Assembly (NCBI GenBank): GCA_963836315.1
Contig: CAWIJG010000002.1
Location: 1,379,791-1,443,790, forward strand
Source: an uncultured Verrucomicrobiae bacterium
GTDB taxonomy: Bacteria; Verrucomicrobiota; Verrucomicrobiia; Palsa-1439
Reading direction: 5' to 3'
DNA: 64,000 bases
In this document: positions 1 to 9,754 of the stretch, one piece after another
Position numbering within the stretch: the stretch's first letter is position 1
Layout: each line of letters starts with the position of its first letter
Translations under genes and position numbers: made by a program
The notes under the pieces: model-generated
The model's input: only the letters and a program-made list of their open reading frames with translations
What the model was told of the DNA's origin: nothing
The model's database searches: none

Positions 1-2
1 GA

Positions 3-1478
3 TATCAGTGGGTCGGAGGCCGGTGGCTCAAATCCAACCGCGACCGAATCGCCGTCATCAATCCCGCCACCGAAGAAATTATCGACTACGTTTCCCGTGG
101 CACCGCCGCGGACGCCGACCGAGCCGTGCGCACCGCGCGCGAGGCCTTTAAATCCTGGCGTTGGGTGCCCGCGGTCGAAAAGGCGCAGATGCTCCATGCC
201 ATTACCCGCGACCTGCGGGCCCGCCAGAAGGAACTCGCCACGATCATGACGCAGGAAGGTGGCAAGCCCTTCTGCGAGAACCGCGACGAAGTCGAGTGGG
301 TCGCCGCGTGCTTTGATTACTACGCCGAGATCGGCCGCAACTCGCGCGGGGCTTCGCTGCCGCCAACATTTCATCATCAGGTCAATTTCACGATCAAGGA
401 ACCGTACGGTGTCGTCGTCGGCATCATCCCGTGGAATTATCCGCTGCTGTTGATGGTGTGGAAGGTCGCGCCCGCGCTGGTCGCCGGCAACACCGTCATC
501 CTCAAGCCGAGCAATGAAACGCCTCTCTCGACGCTCGACATGGCTGACATCTTTGGCGCGCATTTGCCCGCAGGCGTCGTCAACATCGTGACGGGCTCCG
601 GCAACGAGATTGGCGAGGCGTTGGTGAACCATCCCGGCACGGATTTGATTGCACTGACCGGCTCGACCGAAACCGGCCAGCGCATCGGCCAGCTTTGCGC
701 GGCACAGGTGAAGAAATTCCACGGCGAACTCGGTGGCAATGACCCGTTTATCATCTGCAGCGATGCCGATCTGGACATCGCCAGTCGCGCGTGTTGCTGG
801 GCCGCGTTTCTCAATGCGGGTCAGGTGTGCACCAGCGCCAAGCGGATTTACGTCTTCGCCGAGATCGCCGATGAGTTCACGAAGCGCGTCGTGAAGTTTA
901 CGAAATCCCTCAAACTTGGCGATGGGCTCGATCCGAACACCGACATTGGCCCGATGATCAACCTCAAGCAACTGGAAGACGTTCAGGCGCGCGTGAAGGA
1001 GGCGGTGCGCGACGGCGCAAAGGTCCTGTGCGGCGGACGGCGTTCACCAAAGTTCAAGAAGGGCTATTTCTATGAGCCGGCCGTGGTGGTGAACGTGAAG
1101 CAGAAAATGCGGCTCGTGCACACCGAGACGTTCGGCCCGATTCTGCCGATTATGCGCGTCAAGGACATCGACCACGCCATCGAGTTGGCCAACGACAGCA
1201 ACTACGGCCTCGGCGCGAACCTCTACACGAACAACATGGAATGGGCGATGAAGGCGATGGAGCGAATCACCGCTGGCACGTTCTGGATCAATGACCCGCT
1301 CAGCGATAACGATGCCGGGCCGTTCGGCGGCATGCGCCAGACGGGCCACAGCCGTGAACTCGGTGAGGAAGGCCTCGATGAGTTCCGCGAGACCAAACAC
1401 GTCCACCTCGATTACAAGCAAGAGATTAAACCATACTGGTACCCGTACTCGAAGTACAACAAGTTGACGTCAGAATGA
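3..1478 (+). CDS. NAD(P)-dependent aldehyde dehydrogenase (5' end outside window)
   Basis: Reading frame is open from window start. N-terminal region reads ..WVGGRW..INPATEE.., typical of the ALDH superfamily, and catalytic Cys context GQVCTSAKR and ELGG are present. The track's GTG at 126 is internal. Confidence 0.85.
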   Translation, partial: YQWVGGRWLKSNRDRIAVINPATEEIIDYVSRGTAADADRAVRTAREAFKSWRWVPAVEKAQMLHAITRDLRARQKELATIMTQEGGKPFCENRDEVEWVAACFDYYAEIGRNSRGASLPPTFHHQVNFTIKEPYGVVVGIIPWNYPLLLMVWKVAPALVAGNTVILKPSNETPLSTLDMADIFGAHLPAGVVNIVTGSGNEIGEALVNHPGTDLIALTGSTETGQRIGQLCAAQVKKFHGELGGNDPFIICSDADLDIASRACCWAAFLNAGQVCTSAKRIYVFAEIADEFTKRVVKFTKSLKLGDGLDPNTDIGPMINLKQLEDVQARVKEAVRDGAKVLCGGRRSPKFKKGYFYEPAVVVNVKQKMRLVHTETFGPILPIMRVKDIDHAIELANDSNYGLGANLYTNNMEWAMKAMERITAGTFWINDPLSDNDAGPFGGMRQTGHSRELGEEGLDEFRETKHVHLDYKQEIKPYWYPYSKYNKLTSE

Positions 1479-1880
1479 CTTGTCGACGGGAACCGTTACC
1501 AGCAGCTGTCCGTTGTCGTTTGTGATCGTGGGGAATGTTGGCAGATCGCGCGTGGCTGGCCCTTCAGTGACTTTGCCATCGGGGTCGAAGGTTGATCCGT
1601 GGCAGGGACAGGAGAACGAACGGTCACGTTCTCCCGAAAGCTTGCATTTCCGGTGCGTGCAATAGGAGGAGAGAGCAAACAACTCCCGGCCCTTACGGAC
1701 CAGGAAGAATCCCTGGCTGCGGAAGTTGTCATACAGTCCGTCGGCGGCGTAGTTGCTGACCGGGCCGGCATTGACCACTCGCGACCCATAGGCGGCGACA
1801 GAACCGCCACCGCCACCCATGGATTGACAACTGGTGACCACGGCAGTTGCTGTCAGAACCAGGAACTGCCTCCGGTTCAT
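1470..1880 (-). CDS. Rieske (2Fe-2S) domain protein with twin-arginine (Tat) signal
   Basis: MNRRQFL Tat motif followed by a hydrophobic stretch. Rieske ligand boxes CTHRKC and CPCHGS are present. The 3' end is convergent with and overlaps the ALDH by 9 nt. Start chosen at the Met preceding the RR motif; the ORF could extend to 1910. Confidence 0.7.
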   Translation of the reverse strand: MNRRQFLVLTATAVVTSCQSMGGGGGSVAAYGSRVVNAGPVSNYAADGLYDNFRSQGFFLVRKGRELFALSSYCTHRKCKLSGERDRSFSCPCHGSTFDPDGKVTEGPATRDLPTFPTITNDNGQLLVTVPVDKSF

Positions 1881-1914
1881 CCGTCTGGCAGAATCTGTTT
1901 CAGGGCTCATAGTC

Positions 1915-2841
1915 TCAATACTCGAATATTAAGCTGGTGATGACGCCCCAATGCATATCTTCGCGGGCACCATTGTCGATTGGGAAAACGCATCCGACTC
2001 CAAGCCGGGGCTGTAACCAGCCGATAGTCTCGAGGTTGACGCGGAAGCCGGCGTTTCCCGTAAGGCTGTTGTGCCCGGGGTCAGCTTTGTTGAGCTCGGT
2101 CTCCCCGATCAATTCGAGGACGGGAATAAACTGCAACACGTCCGGCAACTGCAATTCTTTGCACGGGATCGTATAACCGAAAACAAGACCGTACTCGAAG
2201 GTTTTCACCCCGTTATCTTCATCACTGCCGTACAACATGGAAAGGCTGACGATGGATTGGAGGGTGAAATGGTCGCCGAGCTTCAGGTCATTGAATACCT
2301 TGGGGACGACTTCGGTGTCCTTGCTGACCGACGAGTGGGTGGGAACGCCGACTTCGATTGCGACACCGAAAGTGGAGTCGACGAATTCATTGTCCGAGAC
2401 GAATTGCTGGACGGGATAGCGTGCGCCCAGATCGATGTTGTCGAAGCCGTCCGTGGTCTCGTTCGGCCTGCTGGCCTTGTCGTATTCAAAGGGAACTTCC
2501 ACTTCCAAGGTCAGCAGGCCGAAGCCTTTCTCCACCTCTGCTGTCATGACGTTGCTTCTTTCATGATTTGACTGGGTGTGCAGCCAATCCAACCGGGCTT
2601 CGTTGACTTCCAAGTCTGAGTCATCCACCAGAAAGGGCTCTGGAAAAACGCCTTGGCCATAGGCACTGCGATGGTTAAGCCAGTTGAAGAGGCCATAACG
2701 CGTGTCCGAGAGCGCCGCAGTCGATGGAGCGGCAATCGAAGACGACGAGGCGGTTGGCTCATCTGCCATGACTGTAGATGAAATGGGCGCAAGCACAGTC
2801 GTTATCAAGAGGGCGACGGACAGAACACTTCTGTTTTTCAT
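1915..2841 (-). CDS. outer-membrane beta-barrel protein (putative porin)
   Basis: Signal peptide MKNRSVLSVALLITTVLAPISSTVMA at an internal Met. Alternating amphipathic beta-strand pattern and a C-terminal aromatic terminus (..LIFEY). The track ORF starts 40 codons upstream. Confidence 0.5.
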   Translation of the reverse strand: MKNRSVLSVALLITTVLAPISSTVMADEPTASSSSIAAPSTAALSDTRYGLFNWLNHRSAYGQGVFPEPFLVDDSDLEVNEARLDWLHTQSNHERSNVMTAEVEKGFGLLTLEVEVPFEYDKASRPNETTDGFDNIDLGARYPVQQFVSDNEFVDSTFGVAIEVGVPTHSSVSKDTEVVPKVFNDLKLGDHFTLQSIVSLSMLYGSDEDNGVKTFEYGLVFGYTIPCKELQLPDVLQFIPVLELIGETELNKADPGHNSLTGNAGFRVNLETIGWLQPRLGVGCVFPIDNGAREDMHWGVITSLIFEY

Positions 2842-3072
2842 GCGAGTGAGGATCTGCTCTTTGAATGTAGAATTCCTTATGGTTTTAGTTATAATACACG
2901 CGTTTTGCATATCAAACACAAAGAGACGGCTTTTGTCCAGTTTATGAAATTGTGCTGACATTCATGGGCTTTGTAAGATGGAATGTATTTATTTAGAAGC
3001 AGTTACATTAGTTCCGTGTTCGTAACGTGATAGTTACGCCTTCGCTATAACAATGGGCGACAGTGTAAAGGC

Positions 3073-3879
3073 ATGGAGTATCGCACTGTCTGGATGTCCG
3101 ATCTGCACCTCGGCACTCGCGGCAGCAATGCGGCGGGCGTGCTGGAGTTTTTCAAGCACAACGAGTTCGAGCGGCTGTATCTGGTGGGTGACGTGATCGA
3201 TATCTGGCGGTTGCGGAAGGAACGGTACTGGCCGCAGACGCACAACGACGTGATCCAAAAAATCCTTCGCAAGGCGCGCAAAGGCACACACGTCATCGTC
3301 ATCCCCGGTAATCACGACGAGTTTTGCCTCAATTTCCTCGGTGTGTACGGCAACATCGTCGTCAAGGAACGGGATGTGTACACCACGGCGGCCGGCGAAC
3401 GATTACTGGTGCTGCACGGGCACGAGTTCGACTCGGTCACCATCCACGCCAAGTGGATGGCTTATCTCGGCGACGCGGGCTACACGATGTTGTTGCGGCT
3501 AAACCGTCCGCTGAATCTGGTGCGACGTCTGTTCGGGCTGGGCTTTTGGTCGTTGAGCGCCTACGTGAAGCAAAATGTGAAGAAGGTTGTCAGTTCGATC
3601 AGCCGATTTGAAGAGGCTGTTGCCCACTACGCCGAGTTGCACGATGTTGGGGGCATCGTCTGCGGACACATTCACACGCCTGCGGTGCGGCAGATCCGCG
3701 GGGTGAACTACTACAACACCGGCGACTGGGTGGAGAGCAGCACCGCGCTGGTCGAGCATCTCGATGGACGATTGGAGTTGGTGTATTGGCGCGAGCAGGG
3801 CGTGGATGAGGTGGCAGCGATCCACGCCGCTCCATCAGACCTTGCCGACAAGTCTGCATTGCTCGCCGCCACGCGCTAG
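3073..3879 (+). CDS. calcineurin-like metallophosphoesterase, LpxH-like (UDP-2,3-diacylglucosamine diphosphatase family)
   Basis: Motifs DLHLG, LVGDVIDIW, GNHDE, LHGHEFD and GHIHTP match the metallophosphoesterase signature and align with the LpxH motif order. The protein is about 268 aa. Confidence 0.55.
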   Translation: MEYRTVWMSDLHLGTRGSNAAGVLEFFKHNEFERLYLVGDVIDIWRLRKERYWPQTHNDVIQKILRKARKGTHVIVIPGNHDEFCLNFLGVYGNIVVKERDVYTTAAGERLLVLHGHEFDSVTIHAKWMAYLGDAGYTMLLRLNRPLNLVRRLFGLGFWSLSAYVKQNVKKVVSSISRFEEAVAHYAELHDVGGIVCGHIHTPAVRQIRGVNYYNTGDWVESSTALVEHLDGRLELVYWREQGVDEVAAIHAAPSDLADKSALLAATR

Positions 3880-4046
3880 TTCGCATCCGAACGCAGTACA
3901 CCGCAAACGCACCGTATCTTTGTCGCGTCGATCGCCGACACAATCTTTTCAGCCTTGCTTATCCACGGTTGAAAACCTGATATATGTAGCTTCGGTACAA
4001 GTTGTTGCCGGTTGACGTTGCGTTATCCAACGTGAGAACCGCGAGG

Positions 4047-5504
4047 ATGAAGACCTACAAGAACTACGTCAACAACGAATGGGTGGGCGGTGCGGGCGCG
4101 CGTGAGATTTTCAACCCGGCGACCGGCGAGCCGTTCGCAGTCGTTCCCGAAGTTGGCAAGGGAGATGTCGACCGCGCCGTGAAGGCCGCGCGCGCGGCGT
4201 TCGACGGCACCAACTGGCACGATTCCGCCAATGCGATGGCGCGCGGTCGCGTGCTGTTCAAGATGGCGGAACTCGTCCGCCACAACGCCGCGATGTTGGC
4301 CGAACTGGAAACGCGTAATTGCGGCAAGCCGATCGTTGAGAGCGAATTCGACATGAACGACGTGGCCACGTGTTTCGAGTATTTCGGTGGCATGGCGACG
4401 AAAATCCACGGCGAGACGCTCAACGTCCCGGACAATGCGCTCAATTTTACGTTGCGCGAGCCGGTCGGTGTGGCCGCGCTCATTGTTCCCTGGAATTACC
4501 CGCTCTTGATGGCCGCATGGAAGCTCGGTCCCGCGCTGGCGGCGGGTTGCGCCGTCCTTCTCAAGCCCGCCGAGCAGACACCGCTGACCTCGCTCGAGTT
4601 CGCGAAATTGGTGCAGAAGAATATCCCCGAGTTGCCGCCGAGCATTTTCAACGTCGTGACGGGCGACGCTGTTGCGGGGCGGGCCCTCGTCGAATCCGCG
4701 CTCGTCGATAAGGTTGCATTCACGGGCGGCGCCGACACGGGCAAGGCAATCCTGCGCAGCATCGGCAGCACGCACCTCAAAAAGGTGTCCCTCGAACTCG
4801 GCGGCAAATCCCCCAACATCTTCTTCGCCGATGCCGACCTCGACGCGGCGACGGACGGTGCGCTGTTCGGTGTATTCATCAACCAGGGTGAAGTGTGCAG
4901 CGCGGGCTCGCGCGTACTCGTACAGCAAGACATCTTCAAGAAGTTCATGGATCGCATGAAGGAAAAGACCAGGCGCATCAAGCTCGGCGACCCGCTCAAG
5001 CGCGAGACGAAAATGGGGCCAGTGATCAGCGAGGAGCATTTGCAGAAGGTCACGAGCTACATTGAGATTGGCAAGAAAGAGGCCAGGGTGTTGGCAGGCG
5101 GCAACCGCCCGAAAGCGTTCAAAAAAGGCTACTACGTCGAGCCTACGATCTTCGAAACCGACAACACGTCGCGCATCGCCCGCGAAGAGATCTTCGGCCC
5201 CGTCGTCGCCTGCATTCCGTTCAAGGACGAAGCCGACGCATTGAAGATCGCCAACGACACGCCGTACGGCCTCGCCGCCGCAGTGTGGTCGCGCGACATA
5301 TTCAAGTGCCTGCGCGTCGTTAAGAATCTCCGCGCCGGCATCGTGTGGGTCAACACAATGCAACCTTGCTACGTGGAGTCCCCTTGGGGCGGCTACAAGG
5401 CCAGCGGCCAGGGCCGCGAATTATCCTTGCACGGCGCGGACGAATTCCTCGAGACGAAGCAAGTCCACGTCAACCTCAACGAATCGCCAATCGGATGGTA
5501 TTGA
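4047..5504 (+). CDS. aldehyde dehydrogenase (betaine-aldehyde / aminoaldehyde dehydrogenase-like)
   Basis: N-terminus NYVNNEWVGG...NPATGE. The motif DMNDVATCFEYFGG resembles BADH/ALDH9-10. Also present are catalytic Cys in QGEVCSAGSR and LELGGKSP. Start set at Met 16 of the track ORF, which has a weak SD. Confidence 0.85.
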   Translation: MKTYKNYVNNEWVGGAGAREIFNPATGEPFAVVPEVGKGDVDRAVKAARAAFDGTNWHDSANAMARGRVLFKMAELVRHNAAMLAELETRNCGKPIVESEFDMNDVATCFEYFGGMATKIHGETLNVPDNALNFTLREPVGVAALIVPWNYPLLMAAWKLGPALAAGCAVLLKPAEQTPLTSLEFAKLVQKNIPELPPSIFNVVTGDAVAGRALVESALVDKVAFTGGADTGKAILRSIGSTHLKKVSLELGGKSPNIFFADADLDAATDGALFGVFINQGEVCSAGSRVLVQQDIFKKFMDRMKEKTRRIKLGDPLKRETKMGPVISEEHLQKVTSYIEIGKKEARVLAGGNRPKAFKKGYYVEPTIFETDNTSRIAREEIFGPVVACIPFKDEADALKIANDTPYGLAAAVWSRDIFKCLRVVKNLRAGIVWVNTMQPCYVESPWGGYKASGQGRELSLHGADEFLETKQVHVNLNESPIGWY

Positions 5505-5508
5505 GATC

Positions 5509-6816
5509 ATGCACGCGATTTCGTTGAAGACGTCAATTCCCGGCCCGAAAAGCAAGGCGTTGCTGGCGCGGCGGACAGCGGCGGTGCCGCAGGGCCTGTT
5601 TAATATCTCGCCGATCTTTGTGGAGCGCGGCGAAGGCGCAACCATCACCGACGTGGACGGCAACGTGTTACTGGATTTTTCGGGCGGGCTGGGTTCGCTG
5701 AATGCGGGACACGCAAACCCGAAAGTTGTCGAGGCGGTCACGGTGCAGGCAAAGAAATTTCTGCACACTTGTTTTCACATCGCCCAATACGAGCCGTACG
5801 TCGCGTTGGCGGAGAAGTTGAACTCGATCGCACCGGGCAAGTTCGCCAAGAAGACGTTGCTGGTAAACAGCGGTGCGGAAGCCGTCGAGAATGCAGTCAA
5901 GATCGCCCGTTACTTCACCAAGCGGCCTGCTGTCATCGGTTTCGAGCACGGCTTTGCGGGACGCACCCTGCTGGCGATGACGCTCACGAGCAAGGTGATG
6001 CCGTACAAGTTCGGGTTCGGGCCGTTCGCACCCGAGGTGTATCGGTTGCCATATCCCCACACCTACCGCAGCGAACTTGACGAAGACGGCCTGATCGAAC
6101 AGATGCGCGAGTTTTTCCACGCGCACGTGGATCCGAGAGAGGTTGCCTGCGTATTCATGGAATTGGTGCTGGGCGAGGGTGGGTTCGTCGTCGCGCCGAA
6201 GAAGTACGTCCAGGCGCTGGCGAAATTCTGCAAGGACAACGGCATTGTGTTCATCTCCGACGAAATCCAGTCGGGCTTTGGCCGTACGGGCAGGATGTTC
6301 GCGACCGAACACTACGACTTCGAGCCGGACTTGATTACCATGGCGAAGTCGCTGGCGGGCGGGATGCCGATTGCGGCGGTCACCGGCCGTTCGGACATGA
6401 TGGACAGCGTCCACGTTGGCGGATTGGGAGGCACGTACGGCGGCAATCCGCTGGCCTGTGCGGCGGCACTGGCCACGATCGCGGAAATAGAGCGGATGAA
6501 GCTTCCCGCTCGTGCGGAGAAGATTGGCGATAGGCTGCGTGACCGCGCGGTTCAATGGCAGAAGAAACATCCGCTTATCGGTGACGTGCGTGGTTTGGGG
6601 GCGATGGTGGCAATCGAGTTCGTCAAGGATCGAAAGACCAAGAAGCCCGCCAAGGAATTCACCGTGGATCTCGTCAAACGTTGCGTCGAGAAGGGCGTGA
6701 TTCTGATCTACGCTGGCACACACAGTAACATTCTGCGTTATCTCGTCCCGCTCGTGATCAGCGACGAGCAACTCGACGAGGGGCTCGACGTGATCGAGAA
6801 GCAGTTGTTTGCATGA
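5509..6816 (+). CDS. class-III PLP aminotransferase (4-aminobutyrate/omega-amino acid aminotransferase-like)
   Basis: About 435 aa. Glycine-rich and PLP-Lys regions characteristic of class III aminotransferases are present (DEIQSGFGRTG, GGTYGGNPLACAAALA). It lies 4 nt after the upstream ALDH stop. Confidence 0.85.
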   Translation: MHAISLKTSIPGPKSKALLARRTAAVPQGLFNISPIFVERGEGATITDVDGNVLLDFSGGLGSLNAGHANPKVVEAVTVQAKKFLHTCFHIAQYEPYVALAEKLNSIAPGKFAKKTLLVNSGAEAVENAVKIARYFTKRPAVIGFEHGFAGRTLLAMTLTSKVMPYKFGFGPFAPEVYRLPYPHTYRSELDEDGLIEQMREFFHAHVDPREVACVFMELVLGEGGFVVAPKKYVQALAKFCKDNGIVFISDEIQSGFGRTGRMFATEHYDFEPDLITMAKSLAGGMPIAAVTGRSDMMDSVHVGGLGGTYGGNPLACAAALATIAEIERMKLPARAEKIGDRLRDRAVQWQKKHPLIGDVRGLGAMVAIEFVKDRKTKKPAKEFTVDLVKRCVEKGVILIYAGTHSNILRYLVPLVISDEQLDEGLDVIEKQLFA

Positions 6817-7937
6817 GCGGCAGCGTCATGAAACGCGACCGTGACTTTGTGGTTCTGGGCGGGGTGGGGGCCATCGGGCGGGTGGTGGTGCGTGACCTGT
6901 TCGAGTCACATCCGCGTAACCGCATCCTGATTGCCGACTATCACGAGGCAGGCGCGCGCGCGTATGCGCGCTCGTTTCGCAGTCGACGCGTTAACGCGGC
7001 GTTGGCGGATGCCCGCAACCCCGGGCAACTGGCGAAGGCCTTCCGAGGCCGGGCAGTGGTCATCAACTGCACGCAGCACGATTTCAATCTGAACGTCATG
7101 CGGGCCGCGTTGGCGGCGAAGGTGCACTACGTCGATCTGGGTGGGCTGTTTTGCTGGACGCGAAAGCAACTGAAGCTGAACGGACGGTTCCGACGCGCCG
7201 GTCGAACGGCAATCCTCGGGGCAGGGTGCGCGCCCGGTATCACCAATGTGATGACGCGCGCGGCAGTCGATAGGCTTGGCCGCGTCGAGTCGGTGCGGAT
7301 TCGGGTTGGCGGCAGAGACCTCGACGTCAGACGCGTCGGTTTTTTCTTTCCGTACTCCGCAAAGACCATTGTTGAGGAACTCACACTGACGCCGTGGGTG
7401 TTCGCGCGTGGCACGTTTCGCGAGGTGAAACCGCGCACAGGTTGGGAACGGGTCAGCTTTCCGCGGCCGATTGGCGTCCAGTGGACCGTGTGCACGCGAC
7501 ATAGTGAAGTGGCCACGATTCCGCTCTCGTTTGGCCGGCGTGGTCTGATCTTCTGCGATTTCAAGGTGTGTTTTGACCGGAAGTTCGTGCACGAGGTGGT
7601 TCAGCGACTGAAAGACGGCTGGACCGCGCGGGATTTCATGAAGCTGCCGGCGCCGCGCGGGAAGGTGAACGATTACGAGATTTCGCGGGTGACGGTTCGA
7701 GGAGACGGGAAGACGATCACCGTGGACTGTCACGCCAGGGCCAATCGTCGTTGGCACGCCAGCGCGGGCGACATCGACACGGGTTGCCCGCCATCGATAC
7801 TCGCGCAGATGATCGCGACGGGTGTGATTGACCAGCGTGGCGTTTTGGCACCCGAGATCGCGGTGCCCGTCGAGCCGTTCTTTCGGGAACTTCGTAAACG
7901 CGGGATGAAGGTTGTGATGAAGGAGAGCCGGTCATGA
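6813..7937 (+). CDS. saccharopine dehydrogenase family NAD(P)-binding oxidoreductase
   Basis: N-terminal Rossmann motif VVLGGVGAIGRVV. Overall length and pattern match the Sacchrp_dh family, which includes lysine 6-dehydrogenase and carboxynorspermidine dehydrogenase. Start overlaps the upstream stop by 4 nt. Confidence 0.7.
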   Translation: MSGSVMKRDRDFVVLGGVGAIGRVVVRDLFESHPRNRILIADYHEAGARAYARSFRSRRVNAALADARNPGQLAKAFRGRAVVINCTQHDFNLNVMRAALAAKVHYVDLGGLFCWTRKQLKLNGRFRRAGRTAILGAGCAPGITNVMTRAAVDRLGRVESVRIRVGGRDLDVRRVGFFFPYSAKTIVEELTLTPWVFARGTFREVKPRTGWERVSFPRPIGVQWTVCTRHSEVATIPLSFGRRGLIFCDFKVCFDRKFVHEVVQRLKDGWTARDFMKLPAPRGKVNDYEISRVTVRGDGKTITVDCHARANRRWHASAGDIDTGCPPSILAQMIATGVIDQRGVLAPEIAVPVEPFFRELRKRGMKVVMKESRS

Positions 7938-9352
7938 AAATGTGCGTGGGCGGCAAGTGGATTGAGACGGGCGAGAAAATCGAAGTGCTGCACCCCTACG
8001 ACAATTCGGTTGTCGACACGGTGCCACGCGCGCGCGCGGCAGACGTTGAGGCGGCGCTGGCGGCAGCGGTGCGCGGGGCGAAACTCATGGCGAAGCTTAC
8101 GGCGTGGGACCGCTACCGGATCCTGAAAAAAGCCGCCGAGAAACTTGAAGCGCGCACGGAGGAATTCGCGCGCACGATCACGTTGGAGGAAGGTAAGATC
8201 ATTGCCGAAGCACGAATTGAGGTCGGTCGCTCCGTGCAAACCCTGATGCTCTCCGCGGAGGAAGCGCGGCGAATTCACGGTGAGACAGTGCCGCTGGACG
8301 CATCGCCGGGCGGGGCTGGGAAAATGGGATTCACCTTGCGCGTGCCGTGCGGCGTGGTGGTCGCGATCACTCCGTTCAACTTTCCGCTGAATCTGGTTGC
8401 CCACAAAACGGCACCGGCCATCGCGGCGGGCAATGCGCTCATCATAAAACCACCGTCTAACGCGCCACTGTCGGCACTCAAACTGACAGAGTTGCTGCTG
8501 GAGTGCGGGATGCCGGCCGAGGCGATTTCATGTCTGACGGGACCGGGTGGCGAATTGGGGGATGTGCTTTGCCGGGACAAGCGCGTGCGCAAAATCACCT
8601 TTACCGGCAGCGTGCCGGTCGGCGAACGAATTTGCCAGATGGCCGGGATCAAGAAGGTCACGATGGAACTGGGCAGCAATTCGCCGATCATTGTAATGCC
8701 CGACGCGGATGTGAACAAGGTTGCGGAGGCGATCGCGGCGACGGGGTATACGAACGCCGGACAGGTTTGCATCTCGACGCAGCGCGTGATTGCGCAGCGG
8801 AAGGTTTATGAGGACGTGCTGGCTGCAGCAAAACCGAAGGTTGAAGGGCTGACGACGGGCAATCCGTTGGATGAAAAGACGAAGGTTGGGCCGATGATTC
8901 GCGAGCAGGAGGCGATGCGAGTCGAGCAATGGGTGCGGGAAGCGGTGAAGGGCGGGGGACGCGTTGTGACGGGCGGCTCGCGCCGCGGGGCGATATACGC
9001 GCCGACGGTCGTCGCCGACGTGAAGCCCGGGATGCGTATATCCTGTGAGGAGTTGTTTGGTCCGGTGGTGGCCTTCACGCCCTTCAATGACGTGGAGGAG
9101 GTGCTGACCCTAGCCAACGATAGCCGGTTCGGCCTAGCGGCGGGGGTGTTTACTGAAAGCCTCGACGTGGCGATGAAGTTTGCCCGCAGACTTGAAACGG
9201 GCAATATTCACATCAATTGGGGACCCCAATGGCGAGCGGACCTGATGCCCTACGGCGGCCTGAAAGACAGCGGTTTTGGGAAGGAGGGGCCACGATATGC
9301 GGTGGAGGAGATGACCGAGCTGAAGATGGTGGTCTTTCACCTAAAAGATTGA
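7934..9352 (+). CDS. aldehyde dehydrogenase
   Basis: ALDH superfamily signatures include GKW...HPYDNSVV, catalytic Cys in AGQVCISTQR and MELGSNSP. Start overlaps the preceding gene by 4 nt (ATGA). Confidence 0.85.
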   Translation: MKMCVGGKWIETGEKIEVLHPYDNSVVDTVPRARAADVEAALAAAVRGAKLMAKLTAWDRYRILKKAAEKLEARTEEFARTITLEEGKIIAEARIEVGRSVQTLMLSAEEARRIHGETVPLDASPGGAGKMGFTLRVPCGVVVAITPFNFPLNLVAHKTAPAIAAGNALIIKPPSNAPLSALKLTELLLECGMPAEAISCLTGPGGELGDVLCRDKRVRKITFTGSVPVGERICQMAGIKKVTMELGSNSPIIVMPDADVNKVAEAIAATGYTNAGQVCISTQRVIAQRKVYEDVLAAAKPKVEGLTTGNPLDEKTKVGPMIREQEAMRVEQWVREAVKGGGRVVTGGSRRGAIYAPTVVADVKPGMRISCEELFGPVVAFTPFNDVEEVLTLANDSRFGLAAGVFTESLDVAMKFARRLETGNIHINWGPQWRADLMPYGGLKDSGFGKEGPRYAVEEMTELKMVVFHLKD

Positions 9353-9435
9353 ATGTGTTGACGTTATTCCGAAAACTGTGTTACAAGCCTGTCGATTAGT
9401 GGGAGGCCCAAGGAGAATGTTCAGGTAACGATTCT

Positions 9436-9693
9436 ATGCGAACATTGGCACAGCCATGGTCGGGAGGCGCGTCGGGAGTGGACACGCAGTTGCAGAATCT
9501 TAGTCTCAGAGTCGAACGCAAGCATTTCACGTTCGACCTGCGAGAGAACCCGCGGGGCCGTTTCTTGCGAATCATCGAGGAGGTTAATGGTCGCCGTGAT
9601 GCCATCATCATCCCCCTTACAGGAATCGAAGAGTTCCGCGATCAGCTGAACGAGATCATCAAGTTCAGCAAGACTCTCCCCTCCAAGACGTAG
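9436..9693 (+). CDS. PUR-alpha-like nucleic-acid-binding protein (DUF3276 family)
   Basis: Motif KHFTFDLRENPRGRFLRIIEEVNGRRDAIIIPLTG matches the bacterial Pur-alpha repeat. The start codon is uncertain (a GTG at 9478 is also possible). Confidence 0.5.
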   Translation: MRTLAQPWSGGASGVDTQLQNLSLRVERKHFTFDLRENPRGRFLRIIEEVNGRRDAIIIPLTGIEEFRDQLNEIIKFSKTLPSKT

Positions 9694-9754
9694 ACTTCGG
9701 GCTCCACCAGAGAGAGCCGGGATGAATGCTCTGCGGCCAGGATGCCTCCGGGTC

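Noticed and set aside
4023-6771. 446-aa and 367-aa minus-strand ORFs
   Set aside because: Antisense to the ALDH and aminotransferase genes. High-GC artefact.
9352-9436. promoter-like TTGACG-17-TTACAA upstream of the Pur-alpha-like gene
   Set aside because: The -10 element is weak (3/6 to consensus), so it is not reported as a feature.
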